Below are positions 11,301 through 21,155 of a stretch of DNA of 64,000 nucleotides, piece by piece. Source of the stretch: Rubrivivax sp. (GTDB lineage Bacteria > Pseudomonadota > Gammaproteobacteria > Burkholderiales > Burkholderiaceae_C); contig JBILNB010000015.1 in the NCBI GenBank assembly GCA_044375195.1, positions 7,619-71,618 of the forward strand, read 5' to 3'. Position 1 is the stretch's first letter. Each line of letters opens with the position of its first letter. Below the pieces are notes generated by a model. The model was not told the origin of the DNA. It saw nothing but the letters and a program-made list of their open reading frames with translations, and did not search any database. The translations under genes were made by a program, and so were the position numbers.

Positions 11301-11723
11301 TCAACTGGGGCGCGCAGGCGCCGCCACGGGGGCACCGGCCGCCGGCGTCAGGGTGCGCCAGGCGTCGCGGATCTCGCGCATCAGTTCCGTGATCTCGTCG
11401 AGCGCGGCGAGGTCGTTGTAGGCGTGCACGTGCACGAGACGCCGGATCACGTAGCGGTACAACTCGTCGAGATTGCGGGCGACTTCGCCGCCGCGCTCGA
11501 AGTCCAGGCTGGACTGCAGCCCGATCACGATCCGCTGGACCTTGTTCACCTGGACGGACTTGGCCTGCGTCGACTGGTGCAGGATGTGCCCGCGAAGTGC
11601 AACCAAGGCGTCGACCAGGCCGTCGAACAGCATCTGCGTCAACTGCGCGCCGCGAGCGCCTGCCAGGCTGCTGGCGGCGTGGACGGAACCGTAGCTCCTG
11701 ATGGCGCGGGTCTGGTGCTGCAT
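11301..11723 (-). CDS. fliS: Flagellin chaperone FliS
   Basis: QLTQMLFDG, SLDFERGGEVARNLDELYRY, EIRDAW; GGAGG RBS. Confidence 0.9.
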   Translation of the reverse strand: MQHQTRAIRSYGSVHAASSLAGARGAQLTQMLFDGLVDALVALRGHILHQSTQAKSVQVNKVQRIVIGLQSSLDFERGGEVARNLDELYRYVIRRLVHVHAYNDLAALDEITELMREIRDAWRTLTPAAGAPVAAPARPS

Positions 11724-11758
11724 TCCAACCTCCGGGAATCGAATACGTCTTGATGAAG

Positions 11759-11785
11759 GATTCGACTCGAGGCCCCGCAACTTGA
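11759..11785 (-). promoter_or_regulatory. Candidate sigma28 promoter of fliS
   Basis: TCAAGTTG-N11-GTCGAATC; same geometry as the element upstream of flgM. Confidence 0.6.
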
Positions 11786-11819
11786 GTGTGGCGCTGTCGC
11801 GCGGCCTGCGCCCAGCTTT

Positions 11820-12464
11820 TCAGCGCGGGGGGCTGGCGGGGGCCGGCAGGGACGGCGTGGCCGGGGGCGCGGCGTCGGGGTCGGGCCCCATGAGCGTGTC
11901 CGACAGGCGGCTTCGCACCTCCAGGCGCGCCTTGCTGAACAGGTCGCGGACCGCGTCGTCCAGCGTCTGGCGCACCGAGGCCCACTGGGCCGGCCCCTGG
12001 GTCGCGAAGTCCTGCCCGCACTGGTAGACGAGTTGCGAGACGTTGGACGGCAGCCACGACTCCACGCTGCCGCGGGCGGTGTTGATGCGCCGCGCGCTCT
12101 GCGGCGTCTGGAACTTGCCGGCCTGACCGTCGCGCCGACCGTCCTCGAACAGGCCCTCGATGTGGCGGGTGAGCACGGGTTCGTAGCGCTGGCGCAGCAT
12201 CGAATCCTCGATCGCATCCAGCGGGTTCGCCTCGCTCGTCATCGTGTCCCACAGGGCCCGGCCGCTCAGGCTGCCGAAGGGGCCGCTCGGCGCGGCGGTG
12301 GCTGCCTGCGCGCCGCTCAGGCCCTTGACGGCCTCCATCGTGCTGCGCTCGATGCTGTTGACGCGGTCGATCAGGTAGATGGTCAGCAGCAGCACCAGCA
12401 GCATGGCCAGCGCGATCAGTCCCAGGAGCACGAGGTCCATGCTGAACTCAATGGCCCGTGACAC
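11820..12464 (-). CDS. Hypothetical protein with N-terminal TM anchor
   Basis: LVLLGLIALAMLLVLLLTIYLI followed by a globular region; overlaps the upstream ORF; start at 12464 (GTG) or 12440. Confidence 0.7.
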   Translation of the reverse strand: MSRAIEFSMDLVLLGLIALAMLLVLLLTIYLIDRVNSIERSTMEAVKGLSGAQAATAAPSGPFGSLSGRALWDTMTSEANPLDAIEDSMLRQRYEPVLTRHIEGLFEDGRRDGQAGKFQTPQSARRINTARGSVESWLPSNVSQLVYQCGQDFATQGPAQWASVRQTLDDAVRDLFSKARLEVRSRLSDTLMGPDPDAAPPATPSLPAPASPPR

Positions 12465-12984
12465 GGCCCGAAGAGCCGCTGTGGTCCGCTGGCGACGTGT
12501 CGTCCAGTTCTTCTCTCAGGAACTGCAGCACCTGGAACGGTTGCTCGAGCCTGAGTTCGATCAGGAACACGCGATCGGCGAGGTCCTGCATCTGGACGAT
12601 GGCCTGTTCGGCATTGATTTCGACGAGCTGGTACTGGCCGCCCAGGTCGAAGGCCCGCTGGGCGAACTCCTGGGGCAGGTAGACCCAGACCTGGCGGCCG
12701 CCCGCGGCGACGCGCTGGAACTCCGACGCCACCGGGGCTGGGGGGGCTTCCTTCCTGGCGACCAGGGCCCGTGCGGCTTGTGCCCGGTGGGCTGCGGTCT
12801 GCTCCGCGCCTTCGACGAAGGTCTTGTCCAGGTGGGCGCGGCACAGCAGCGCCATGCGGGTGCGCGCGCTGCGGGCGCTTTCGGGGTTGGCGCCGTGGCT
12901 GGCGGTCACCACCTTCTCGTAGGTGAGGCGGGCCTCTTCCTGGTCTTCGCCGGGGCCCGATGAGAAGAGTCGCTTCAGTATCAT
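12448..12984 (-). CDS. Hypothetical protein downstream of fliA
   Basis: 178-aa ORF with ATG 17 nt after the fliA stop; protein-like composition. Confidence 0.7.
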   Translation of the reverse strand: MILKRLFSSGPGEDQEEARLTYEKVVTASHGANPESARSARTRMALLCRAHLDKTFVEGAEQTAAHRAQAARALVARKEAPPAPVASEFQRVAAGGRQVWVYLPQEFAQRAFDLGGQYQLVEINAEQAIVQMQDLADRVFLIELRLEQPFQVLQFLREELDDTSPADHSGSSGRVTGH

Positions 12985-13001
12985 GGACGGTGTCGCAAGG
13001 G

Positions 13002-13715
13002 TCAGGGGGCCGGCTGCAGTTGCGCGCGCAGCTTGCGGGTCAAGCCAGACAGGATCTGGCTGACGCGGGATTCGGTCACTTCAAGAACCGCTCCGATCTC
13101 CTTCAGGTTCAGCTCCTCGACGTAGTAGAGCTTCAGGACCAGCCGCTCGCGCTCGCTCAACTCGTCGATGCTGCGAGCCAGAAGGTCGACCATCTGATGG
13201 TGCTCGAGGAGCGCGTCCGGTTGCCGCCGGCCGTCGTCGGCGACGTTCAGCGCCTCTTCGTCCACGACCTCGATCGAGTGCGTCTCATAGCGGTGCGCGG
13301 CATCGCGCTCCTTGTGGAACTGGGCCAGGTCCATCCCCAGGTGCGCGGCGACCTCGCTGGAGCGCGCGCGCCGTCCCACCTGCCCGGACACCTCGTTGAC
13401 GGCCGCTTCCTCGATGCGCTGGAACGCCACGGCCGAGCGCGGCATGCCCGTCATGCGGCGCACCTCGTCGACCATGGCGCCGCGGATGCGACTGAGGGCG
13501 AAACGCTCGAACTCCTCTCCCTTGGCGGGGTCGAAGGCTTGCGCGGCTTCGATCAAGCCCACCATGCCGACCTGCACGAGCTCCTCGGTGTCCATGAACG
13601 GGGGCAGGCGCACCTTCAGGTGCACCGCAACCCGCTTGACCATGGGCATATGCTCCCGGACCAGCGCCTCGGTCACGCTGGGCGCCGGTCGGTAGAGCTT
13701 CAAGGCGGCGTCCAT
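13002..13715 (-). CDS. fliA: Flagellar sigma factor sigma28
   Basis: ELVQVGMVGLIEAAQAFD, RIRGAMVDEVR, LYYVEELNLKEIGAVLEVTESRVSQI. Confidence 0.95.
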   Translation of the reverse strand: MDAALKLYRPAPSVTEALVREHMPMVKRVAVHLKVRLPPFMDTEELVQVGMVGLIEAAQAFDPAKGEEFERFALSRIRGAMVDEVRRMTGMPRSAVAFQRIEEAAVNEVSGQVGRRARSSEVAAHLGMDLAQFHKERDAAHRYETHSIEVVDEEALNVADDGRRQPDALLEHHQMVDLLARSIDELSERERLVLKLYYVEELNLKEIGAVLEVTESRVSQILSGLTRKLRAQLQPAP

Positions 13716-13737
13716 CCAGATCCCGAGGGCCTGCCGC

Positions 13738-14565
13738 TCAGGCGGTGGCGGACGGCAGCCCGACCATGCGCGGCAGCAGGAACTGGATGCGCCCGGAGGG
13801 CTTGAGCGCGGGCCCGAGTGCGGCCACCTTGCCGGCCAGCTGCCGGAAACTCCGCGCCGCCGTGCTGTCAGGCGCATGGCGATTGACGGGCAGGTAGCGC
13901 TCCTGGGCGGCCTGCACCGCGTCGTCGCGCTCGATCGACCCGAGATACCCCAGCTTCGCTCCGAGAAAGCGCTGCGCGACGTCGGCCATGTGGTTGAACA
14001 ACTTGCGGCCGTGCGCCTGGCTGTTGACCATGTTGGGCAGCAGGTAGACGTCCTCGAGGCCCTCCTCGAGGGTCAGGATCTTCAGCAGGCCGTAGGCGTC
14101 GGCGATGGAGGCGGGCTGGTCGCACACGACGACGAAGCGCCGCTGGCACGCGGCCATGAAGGAGACGACCGACGGCGTGATGCCGGCCGCCACGTCCACC
14201 AGCAGGCAGTCCACCGGCTCGTCCAGGTTGTCCATCACGTGGATCACGGACGAGACCTGCGCCTCGTCCATCGACGCCAGCTCGCGCAGGCCCGACGCGC
14301 CCGGGATGAGCCGCACGCCCGGCGCCGCATCGACCAGCACCTCGCCCAGCGTCTTCTCGCCGCGCAGCACGTGCCCCATGTTGAAGCTTGCGCGCACGCC
14401 CAGCGCCAGCTGCGCGTTCGCCAGCCCGAGGTCGGCGTCGAGCACCATGACCCGCAGCCCCCGCTCGGCCAGCGCAATGGCGAGGCTGACCGAGACCGTG
14501 GTCTTGCCCACGCCGCCCTTGCCGCTGGCCACGCCGATGACCATGGGCCGAAAATAGTCAGGCAT
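13738..14565 (-). CDS. flhG: MinD-like flagellar number regulator FlhG/FleN
   Basis: [33 protein letters not shown]; follows flhF. Confidence 0.9.
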   Translation of the reverse strand: MPDYFRPMVIGVASGKGGVGKTTVSVSLAIALAERGLRVMVLDADLGLANAQLALGVRASFNMGHVLRGEKTLGEVLVDAAPGVRLIPGASGLRELASMDEAQVSSVIHVMDNLDEPVDCLLVDVAAGITPSVVSFMAACQRRFVVVCDQPASIADAYGLLKILTLEEGLEDVYLLPNMVNSQAHGRKLFNHMADVAQRFLGAKLGYLGSIERDDAVQAAQERYLPVNRHAPDSTAARSFRQLAGKVAALGPALKPSGRIQFLLPRMVGLPSATA

Positions 14566-15745
14566 GGCGCACCCCCGCGCTGTCGAGTTCGCCTGTTGGC
14601 ACGCTGGTCTCGCTTCTATTTTCGAGTAATGGCGTAAGAGTATCTTCAATCAGTTTACGCGTATTGACGGTCAGGGATGTCTCCCCCGAGGTGGCCCAGC
14701 GCGTTCCCGAGACCGCGCGCACCTGCCATGGTCTGCCGTCGAGCAGGTGGTCGATCAGCGGCCAGGGCCGTTCGGCAATGTCGAGTCGGGTCACGAGCAT
14801 GTTCGGGCCTTCTGCGGTGGCGGCCACCCGGCGCAGGGTCTGGACCGAGGCGTCGGCGGCGACCACTGCATGGAATTGGGCATCGTTTTCTGCGGTGAGG
14901 AAGGAGGCCAGGTCGGCAGCGAGTTGTCGTCCGTCGCTGTGCGCGGTGTCGACGAACACCGCCGAGCGGTCGGACAGCTCGTCGAGCAGCACGCTCAAGG
15001 CTTCGGGGTCGCGGGCGCGGTAGGCGTCGACGCCGCACTGTGCGGCCAGCGCCTGGGTCTGGCTCCAGGCGCCCATGCGCGCGTCCTGGTAGCTGATCCA
15101 GACCACATGGTCGGGGCCCAGACGCGAGGCGGCCTGGGCCACGAGGCGGGCGCACATCAGCGTCTTGCCGGCGCCCGCCGGACCGTAGAGCACGTGGATG
15201 CCGGACCAGTCCGTGTCCGAAGTGGTGCAGAACATCGGCTCCAGCAACCTGCCCAGGTGCTCGCCGAGGCGGCCGAAGGCTTCGGTGGCGGTCTGCGCCT
15301 GCGCCAGCGCGGGTGCCAGCCGCGCCTGCAGGCGCGAGGGCACGCCCTCGTCGAGCATCGCGTTCACCACGGCCCGCACCTCGGGGTGGGCGGTCGCGAT
15401 CGCGTGGTCCGCGCCGAGCCGGCTGCTCCACAGCATGTCCTGGCGGAGCTGTGCGATCTCGGACTTGATGGTGTCCACGATGTCGCGTTCGCGCACGGCC
15501 GGGACCGGCGCGCCCGGGCGATTGCGCTCGTTCGTCCCGGCAGCGGCCCGCGCCGCCTCCACGTCAACGGTCGCGGCCGTGTCGGTGACTGCCGCTGGCG
15601 CCTGCGTCGTCTCCACGGCGATGATCAGCTCGGTCATCCCCTCCAGCTCGGCGCTGGATATGAAGAGCGCGTTCTTGCCGTGCTCGAGAACTGCGCGTTC
15701 CGAGGCGGCGCGCAGGTCCCGGGCAACGATGCGTTTGAGTTCCAT
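14558..15745 (-). CDS. flhF: SRP-family GTPase FlhF (divergent)
   Basis: N-terminal [11 protein letters not shown]-loop [23 protein letters not shown]; lies between flhA and flhG. Confidence 0.8.
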   Translation of the reverse strand: MELKRIVARDLRAASERAVLEHGKNALFISSAELEGMTELIIAVETTQAPAAVTDTAATVDVEAARAAAGTNERNRPGAPVPAVRERDIVDTIKSEIAQLRQDMLWSSRLGADHAIATAHPEVRAVVNAMLDEGVPSRLQARLAPALAQAQTATEAFGRLGEHLGRLLEPMFCTTSDTDWSGIHVLYGPAGAGKTLMCARLVAQAASRLGPDHVVWISYQDARMGAWSQTQALAAQCGVDAYRARDPEALSVLLDELSDRSAVFVDTAHSDGRQLAADLASFLTAENDAQFHAVVAADASVQTLRRVAATAEGPNMLVTRLDIAERPWPLIDHLLDGRPWQVRAVSGTRWATSGETSLTVNTRKLIEDTLTPLLENRSETSVPTGELDSAGVRHA

Positions 15746-15771
15746 GGCGTCTCGAGGCGTGGTTCTTCGGC

Positions 15772-17886
15772 TCAGGCCAGACGGCTTGCGCTCTCGGCCG
15801 CGACCGTGCGGATCACCTTCACCGACTGCTCGTCAGGTATCTCGGCATAGGACAGGACGGTCAGCGTGGGAATGCGATGCCTGGCTGCCCGCGCGAGCCA
15901 GGTGCGGATGCTCGGAGAGACCACGAGAACCGGCGACAGCCCCTGCGTCTCCATCTCTGCGGCACTTTCGCGCAGCGCGCCGAACAGGCGCTCGGCCAGA
16001 CCGGGCTCCAGCATCACGCCGGCACGCGGGTTGCTCTGCTGCACGACGTTGTGCAGCAACTGCTCCAGCCCCTGGTCCAGGGCCATGACGGTGAGGACGT
16101 CGCCGTTGTCGACCAGGCCCTGCACGATCATGCGGCCCAACCGGGGCCTGACGATGGCCATCAACTGATCCGGATCCTGGGTGGTGCCGCCGGCGTCGCT
16201 GAGCGTCTCGGCGATCGTGCGCATGTCGCGGATGGTCACCCCTTCGGCCAGCAGGTTCTGCAGCGTGCGGGTGACCACGCCCAGCGAGAGCTTGCCGGGG
16301 ACAAGTTCCCCGATCAGCTTGGGAGACTTCGCCGCCACCTTGTCGAGCAGCTTTTGCGTCTCGTCGTGGCTCAGCAGTTCCGCGGCGTTGTCCAGCAGCA
16401 CCTTGTTCAGGTGCGTGGCGATCGCAGTCGCCGGATCGACCACCGTGTAGCCCAGGGTGCGCGCGTAGTCGCGCTGGGACGGGTCGATCCAGGTGGCGTC
16501 CAGCCCGAATGCCGGCTCCTTGGTGGGCTGCCCTTCGAGCTTGCCGTAGACCGTTCCGGGGTTGATGGCGAGTTCGCGCCCGACCTTGACCTCGCCGCGG
16601 CCCCGGACCACGCCGTTGAGCACGATGTGGTAGGAATCCGGCGGCAGGTTCAGCGCGTCCCTGATGCGCACGGGCTGCACGAGGAAGCCGAGCTCCGAGG
16701 AGAGCTTCTTGCGGACGCCCTTGATGCGCGTCATCATCTGGCCGCCGCTCTCCGGATTGACCAGCGGTATCAGGCCGTAGCCGATTTCCATGCCGATCGG
16801 GTCGACGTGCTCCACGTCGTCCCAGTCGAGATCCCGGGCGGCTTCTGGCGTGGTCGAAGGGCCGGCCGCGGCCGGCGCCGCGGGCCGCTGCGCCGCGATC
16901 GCGCGGCTGCGCACGATGCCCGCCCCGATGGCCACGGTGAGCCCCGCCAGCAGCAGGAACACCACGTGCGGCATCCCGGGCACGATGCCGATGAGGGTCA
17001 GGATGCCCGCGGCAATGAACAAGGCCGAGGGGTTGGCGAGCTGGCTCTGCGCCTGCTCGGTCATCGACTCCGAGGTGGTGACCCGGGTGACGATGATCGC
17101 CGTGGCCAGCGACATCAGCAGCGCCGGCACCTGTGCCACCAGACCGTCACCGATGGTCAGCAGGACATAGATCCGGGTCGCCTCCGACAGCGGCAGGTTG
17201 TGCTGTGCCAGGCCCACCGCCAGGCCGCCGACGATGTTGATGATCAGGATCAGCAGGCCCGCGATCGCGTCGCCGCTGACGAACTTGGAGGCGCCGTCCA
17301 TGGAGCCGAAGAAGTCCGCCTCCTGGGACAGCTCCTCGCGCCTGCGCTTGGCCGTCTCCTGGTCGATCACGCCTGCATTGAGGTCGGCGTCGATCGACAT
17401 CTGCTTGCCCGGCATCGCATCCAGCGTGAAGCGGGCGTTGACTTCCGAAACCCGACCGGCCCCCTTCGTCACGACGAAGAAGTTCACGATCATCAAGATG
17501 ATGAAAATGATGAAACCGACAAAATAGTTCCCGCCCACCACGAAATGACCGAATGCGGCGATGACCTGACCGGCCGCGTCGGGCCCCTTGTGGCCTTCGA
17601 CCAGGATGACGCGCGTCGAAGCCACGTTCAGCGCCAGGCGCAGCATGGTCGCGAACAGCAGGACCGAGGGAAACGAGGAAAAGTCCAGCGGGCGCCGGGT
17701 GGCGATGGCCACCATGACGACGACGAGCCCGACCACGATGTTGAACGTGAAGAGGATGTCGAGCAGCAGCGGCGGCAGCGGCACGACGAGCATCGCCATG
17801 ATGGCGAGCACCAATGCCGGTATGCCCAAGCCCGAAGGCTCGAACCTGCGCATGCTCTGCCGGAAGATCGCCAGGGTGTCGGCCAT
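15772..17886 (-). CDS. flhA: Export gate protein FlhA
   Basis: RFTLDAMPGKQMSIDADLNAG, FFGSMDGASKFVSGDAIAG, cytoplasmic domain with VVDPATAIATHL. Confidence 0.97.
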   Translation of the reverse strand: MADTLAIFRQSMRRFEPSGLGIPALVLAIMAMLVVPLPPLLLDILFTFNIVVGLVVVMVAIATRRPLDFSSFPSVLLFATMLRLALNVASTRVILVEGHKGPDAAGQVIAAFGHFVVGGNYFVGFIIFIILMIVNFFVVTKGAGRVSEVNARFTLDAMPGKQMSIDADLNAGVIDQETAKRRREELSQEADFFGSMDGASKFVSGDAIAGLLILIINIVGGLAVGLAQHNLPLSEATRIYVLLTIGDGLVAQVPALLMSLATAIIVTRVTTSESMTEQAQSQLANPSALFIAAGILTLIGIVPGMPHVVFLLLAGLTVAIGAGIVRSRAIAAQRPAAPAAAGPSTTPEAARDLDWDDVEHVDPIGMEIGYGLIPLVNPESGGQMMTRIKGVRKKLSSELGFLVQPVRIRDALNLPPDSYHIVLNGVVRGRGEVKVGRELAINPGTVYGKLEGQPTKEPAFGLDATWIDPSQRDYARTLGYTVVDPATAIATHLNKVLLDNAAELLSHDETQKLLDKVAAKSPKLIGELVPGKLSLGVVTRTLQNLLAEGVTIRDMRTIAETLSDAGGTTQDPDQLMAIVRPRLGRMIVQGLVDNGDVLTVMALDQGLEQLLHNVVQQSNPRAGVMLEPGLAERLFGALRESAAEMETQGLSPVLVVSPSIRTWLARAARHRIPTLTVLSYAEIPDEQSVKVIRTVAAESASRLA

Positions 17887-17926
17887 CGGTCATGTCGTCG
17901 GCGGCGGGTCGCCGCCACGCAGTGAA

Positions 17927-17941
17927 GCAACCGCTGTGCCA
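17927..17941 (-). promoter_or_regulatory. Sigma54 promoter of the flhA operon
   Basis: TGGCAC-AGCGG-TTGC on the minus strand, 40 nt upstream of the flhA ATG. Confidence 0.85.
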
Positions 17942-17997
17942 TGCTTTTCCGACACCCCCCGGGGCCGCCGCCCTTCGGCGGGCGCGGCGTCCGCTCC

Positions 17998-18013
17998 CGG
18001 CAAGGGTTTGCCG
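17998..18013. promoter_or_regulatory. Palindromic enhancer candidate CGGCAA-N4-TTGCCG
   Basis: CGGCAAGGGTTTGCCG in the flhA/fliK divergent gap. Confidence 0.65.
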
Positions 18014-18047
18014 GTCACGGTTCTTGCTTTGTGGTGTCACGGTTCTT
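18014..18047. repeat. Direct repeat GTCACGGTTCTT x2, 22-bp period
   Basis: Exact 12-mers at 18014-18025 and 18036-18047. Confidence 0.7.
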
Positions 18048-18103
18048 TCCTGAGACATCCGTGCAAGACGTGTATTCAGAGCAAATGCTAGAAGGGCCCT
18101 CAT

Positions 18104-21073
18104 ATGGCTGATCCGCTGTCCCCGGCTGCGGCGCCGGCGACTGGAGCCGATTTCCTTGCGCCGGCGACGCTCGTGCGCGGCGACGCCGCCCGTGCGCCCG
18201 GCGTGCCGGCGTCCGCCGAGGCGGTCGGCGAGAGCTTCGACGCGCACTTGCAGCGCGCCCGCAGGCTTCAGCGCGGTGAGGCGCCTGGTGCCGATGCCGG
18301 CGCGCAGGGCACCGTCATGCCGCCTCCTGGCGGCATGGTGTTGCCGTCCGGCATGGGTGCGGCCGGTGTGGCGCCCGACGACGTCGTGGCGGAAGCGGTG
18401 CCCTCGCCGCTGGATCCCTTTGCGGCCGTGCCGCCGCCGGGCGTGCCGACATCGCCTGCCGCGCGGGACTTGACCGCCGGGCGGACCGAAGTCTGGTCCT
18501 TAGAAGAGGCGCAGGGGTTTGCGGGGGCGGGTCCCGCGGCGCAGGCGTCTGCGCGCGCGAGCGCCGGCGTCGTCCCTGTCGAGGCCACCGCGGTTGCGCT
18601 TGCCTCCCGTGCGGCGGCCGGGCCTTGGGCCGTACCTGGCCCCACCCCTGAAGCGGGTCGGGCGCCGCAGGCGGCGGAGTCGTCTGCGCCCCCGGGCGCA
18701 CCGGCGCTTTCCGCTGCGGCGCCGACCGACGCTCAGGGGGCGTGGGCAGGCCGACGGCAGCTGGCGCAGGCCGCGGACGGTGCACCGCCGCATCGAGACG
18801 CTCGTGCCGAGGGCGATGGAGTCTTCGCGGGCGCCAGCCTGCGCGCGGAGCTCCTGGCGCGCGGCGACGGCCCGCCCGTCGACAACGTCGCGCGCGCGTT
18901 CGAATCGGACGTCGCGGCCCGGGCCCGGGCGTTCCCGGTCGGCGTGATCGACACCGCGGCGCGGTCTCGCGCTTCCACCGATCTCGATGTGGATGCGGCG
19001 TCGGCTGAATCGGCGCAGGCGGTGTCCGCACTCGGCGCTGCGCCGCAGGCTGCCCCGTTGCAGCAAGACGTTCGCACCGACAGCGGCGCGGCCTTGCAGG
19101 CGCGGGCCTTGTCTGCGACCCGGTTCGAGACCGCGCCGCTGGCGCAGACGCCGGTGCAAGGGCCGTCCGAGCCGAGAACCCTGTGGGCGCCTGGCGTGAC
19201 GGCTGATGCGGCTGCTGCGGGTGGGGGGAGGGCGGCTGCTGACCCGCGCCCTGGCCTGGAGCCGGCCGGCGCGCGGGCACGAGCGCGCGGAGCTCAGGCA
19301 TCCGCTTCGCCCTTGCCCGTGGAGTTTTCATCCCGGCGCGCCGGGCTCGGCCGGCCCGGCTCGGTGCCGCCTCAGGCTTCCGAGCCAGGCCTCACGTCGG
19401 CGGTGTCCGGTTCGGCCTCACTGCCCCCTGGGTCGATCCCGGTGGCGCGAGCGGATGCGTTCGTGGCGGCCGGCGTGAAGGGGTCGACGCCGGGGCAGGA
19501 GGCTGCGGGCGAGGGCGCGCGCGCTGGCGCACCTGCCGCACCGCCGCAAGCCTTCGACCGCACGGTCAGCGCCGCGTCCCCCGACGTGATCAGCGGCGAA
19601 CGGGCGGGCAATGTCTGGCAGAACGGCGCGAGCGCAGGCTTTCCGGTACCGAGCGGTGCCCAGGAGCGCGTGACCACCCGAGCGCCGGGGCAGACGGCGG
19701 CGGGCGAGGGTGCCCGCGCTGGCGCACCGGCCGCACCGCCGCAAGCCTTCGACCGCACGGTCAGCGCGGCGTCCCCCGACGTGATCAGCGGCGAATGGGC
19801 GGGCAATGTCTGGCAGAACGGCGCGAGCGCAGGCTTTCCGGTACCGAGCGGTGCCCAGGAGCGCGTGACCACCCGAGCGCCGGGGCAGGAGGCTGCGGGC
19901 GAGGGCGCGCGCGCTGGCGCACCGGCCGCACCGCTGCAAGCTTTTGACCGCACCGTCAGCGCTGCGGTTTCCGACCTGATCCTTGGCGAGCTGGCGGGCA
20001 AGGCCTGGCGCAACGGCGCGGGTTCAGGCCTTTCGGGACCGAGGGGAGACAACGGGAACGCGGCCAACCAGGCCGCGGCCCAGGCGACCCTGGCTGCCAG
20101 TGGGGCGTCGCTCGATCCCGGGCGGGCCCTGCAATTCGCGCCGCTGGGCCCCGGGATCGACCTGATGGTCGGTCCCGAGCCCGAGCCCGCCATGCAGGAC
20201 CTGCTGGAGTTCGCGCGTGCCAGCGGCATCGGCGCCGACGCCCTGGAGCGTCTCTTCGGGCCGCAGGCGTCTACCGGATCGCGCTTGGGCGGCGGGGTGT
20301 CTCAAACATCGCTACCTACGCAAACAACGCAAACAGCGACATATCAGCAAACGACGCAAGCGCTGCCGGCGCCGCTTCCTGGCGCGTCGGCCTCGACCCT
20401 TGTCGCGCCGCCCTGGCTGGCGGCGGCAAGCCGTGTGGATGCGCGTGTGGACGGGGCGTCGGCGCGTCCCCGGAGCGCTTCGTTCGACGTCGACGGGGTG
20501 GATGCCCTGCTGGCGCCGACCGCCGCGTCCGGCGAGCGGTCGGATGTCCCGGCGTCGCCCGTGCTGTCTTCCGCCGCCGCCCCTTCGTCGGCTGCCGCGC
20601 AGCCCGCGCCCGCGCAAGCCGTGGCCGGCGCGGCGGTGCCGCCCGTCAGCTATGCCGAGATGTCCCATCGCGTCGCCCAGGCCGTGGCTTCGCGCATGGT
20701 GGCGGGTCTGCGCGAGGGCAGCGGCTCCCTGCGCCTGCAACTCGAGCCCCAGTCGCTGGGCCGCGTCGAGGTCCAGATGGCGCTCCAGGACGGCCGGCTC
20801 GAGGCCACCATCGCCGCGCATCAGGCCGGCACGCGAGATCTGCTGACCGACGGCATCGTGCGGCTGCGGGAGACGCTCGGACAGCTCGGCATGAATGTTG
20901 CGGTGATCAACGTCATCGATGGGTCCGGTGGCCGAGGCGACGGAAAGCCGACACGCCAGCGCCCCGGAGATACCGCCTACTCGCGCCAGGGCGCCGGCGC
21001 GGGCCGGGTGGAGGGTGCCTCGGAGGCCGGGCGGCCCAGTCGTGGCGTCAGTGGCCTGGATGTCTGGGCCTGA
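18104..21073 (+). CDS. fliK: Hook-length control protein FliK, 989 aa
   Basis: Low-complexity Ala/Pro N-terminal region, C-terminal T3S4 domain LRLQLEPQSLGRVEV...LRETLGQLG; heads the fliLMNOPQR-flhB run. Confidence 0.9.
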   Translation: MADPLSPAAAPATGADFLAPATLVRGDAARAPGVPASAEAVGESFDAHLQRARRLQRGEAPGADAGAQGTVMPPPGGMVLPSGMGAAGVAPDDVVAEAVPSPLDPFAAVPPPGVPTSPAARDLTAGRTEVWSLEEAQGFAGAGPAAQASARASAGVVPVEATAVALASRAAAGPWAVPGPTPEAGRAPQAAESSAPPGAPALSAAAPTDAQGAWAGRRQLAQAADGAPPHRDARAEGDGVFAGASLRAELLARGDGPPVDNVARAFESDVAARARAFPVGVIDTAARSRASTDLDVDAASAESAQAVSALGAAPQAAPLQQDVRTDSGAALQARALSATRFETAPLAQTPVQGPSEPRTLWAPGVTADAAAAGGGRAAADPRPGLEPAGARARARGAQASASPLPVEFSSRRAGLGRPGSVPPQASEPGLTSAVSGSASLPPGSIPVARADAFVAAGVKGSTPGQEAAGEGARAGAPAAPPQAFDRTVSAASPDVISGERAGNVWQNGASAGFPVPSGAQERVTTRAPGQTAAGEGARAGAPAAPPQAFDRTVSAASPDVISGEWAGNVWQNGASAGFPVPSGAQERVTTRAPGQEAAGEGARAGAPAAPLQAFDRTVSAAVSDLILGELAGKAWRNGAGSGLSGPRGDNGNAANQAAAQATLAASGASLDPGRALQFAPLGPGIDLMVGPEPEPAMQDLLEFARASGIGADALERLFGPQASTGSRLGGGVSQTSLPTQTTQTATYQQTTQALPAPLPGASASTLVAPPWLAAASRVDARVDGASARPRSASFDVDGVDALLAPTAASGERSDVPASPVLSSAAAPSSAAAQPAPAQAVAGAAVPPVSYAEMSHRVAQAVASRMVAGLREGSGSLRLQLEPQSLGRVEVQMALQDGRLEATIAAHQAGTRDLLTDGIVRLRETLGQLGMNVAVINVIDGSGGRGDGKPTRQRPGDTAYSRQGAGAGRVEGASEAGRPSRGVSGLDVWA
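19490..20020 (+). repeat. 195-bp (65-aa) in-frame tandem repeat, ~2.7 copies, inside fliK
   Basis: Units start at 19490, 19685 and 19880 (PGQEAAGEGARAGAPAAPPQAFDRTVSAAS...). Copies 1 and 2 are nearly identical; copy 3 decays. Confidence 0.95.
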
Positions 21074-21155
21074 GGCGTGCGCTTGCTGATGCGCGCCCCC
21101 GCAGGGGGATGGGTCAACCCGGGAGCGGCCCTTCGTTGACTCGAGAGTGACGCAG

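Noticed and set aside
17998-18027. Possible plus-strand sigma54 promoters for fliK (CGGCAA..TTGC and GGTCAC..TTGC)
   Set aside because: GG-to-GC spacing is 9 and 11 nt, not the required 10.
19490-20020. Repeat considered as a CRISPR array or mobile element
   Set aside because: Contiguous in-frame 195-bp units without spacers, terminal repeats or transposase.
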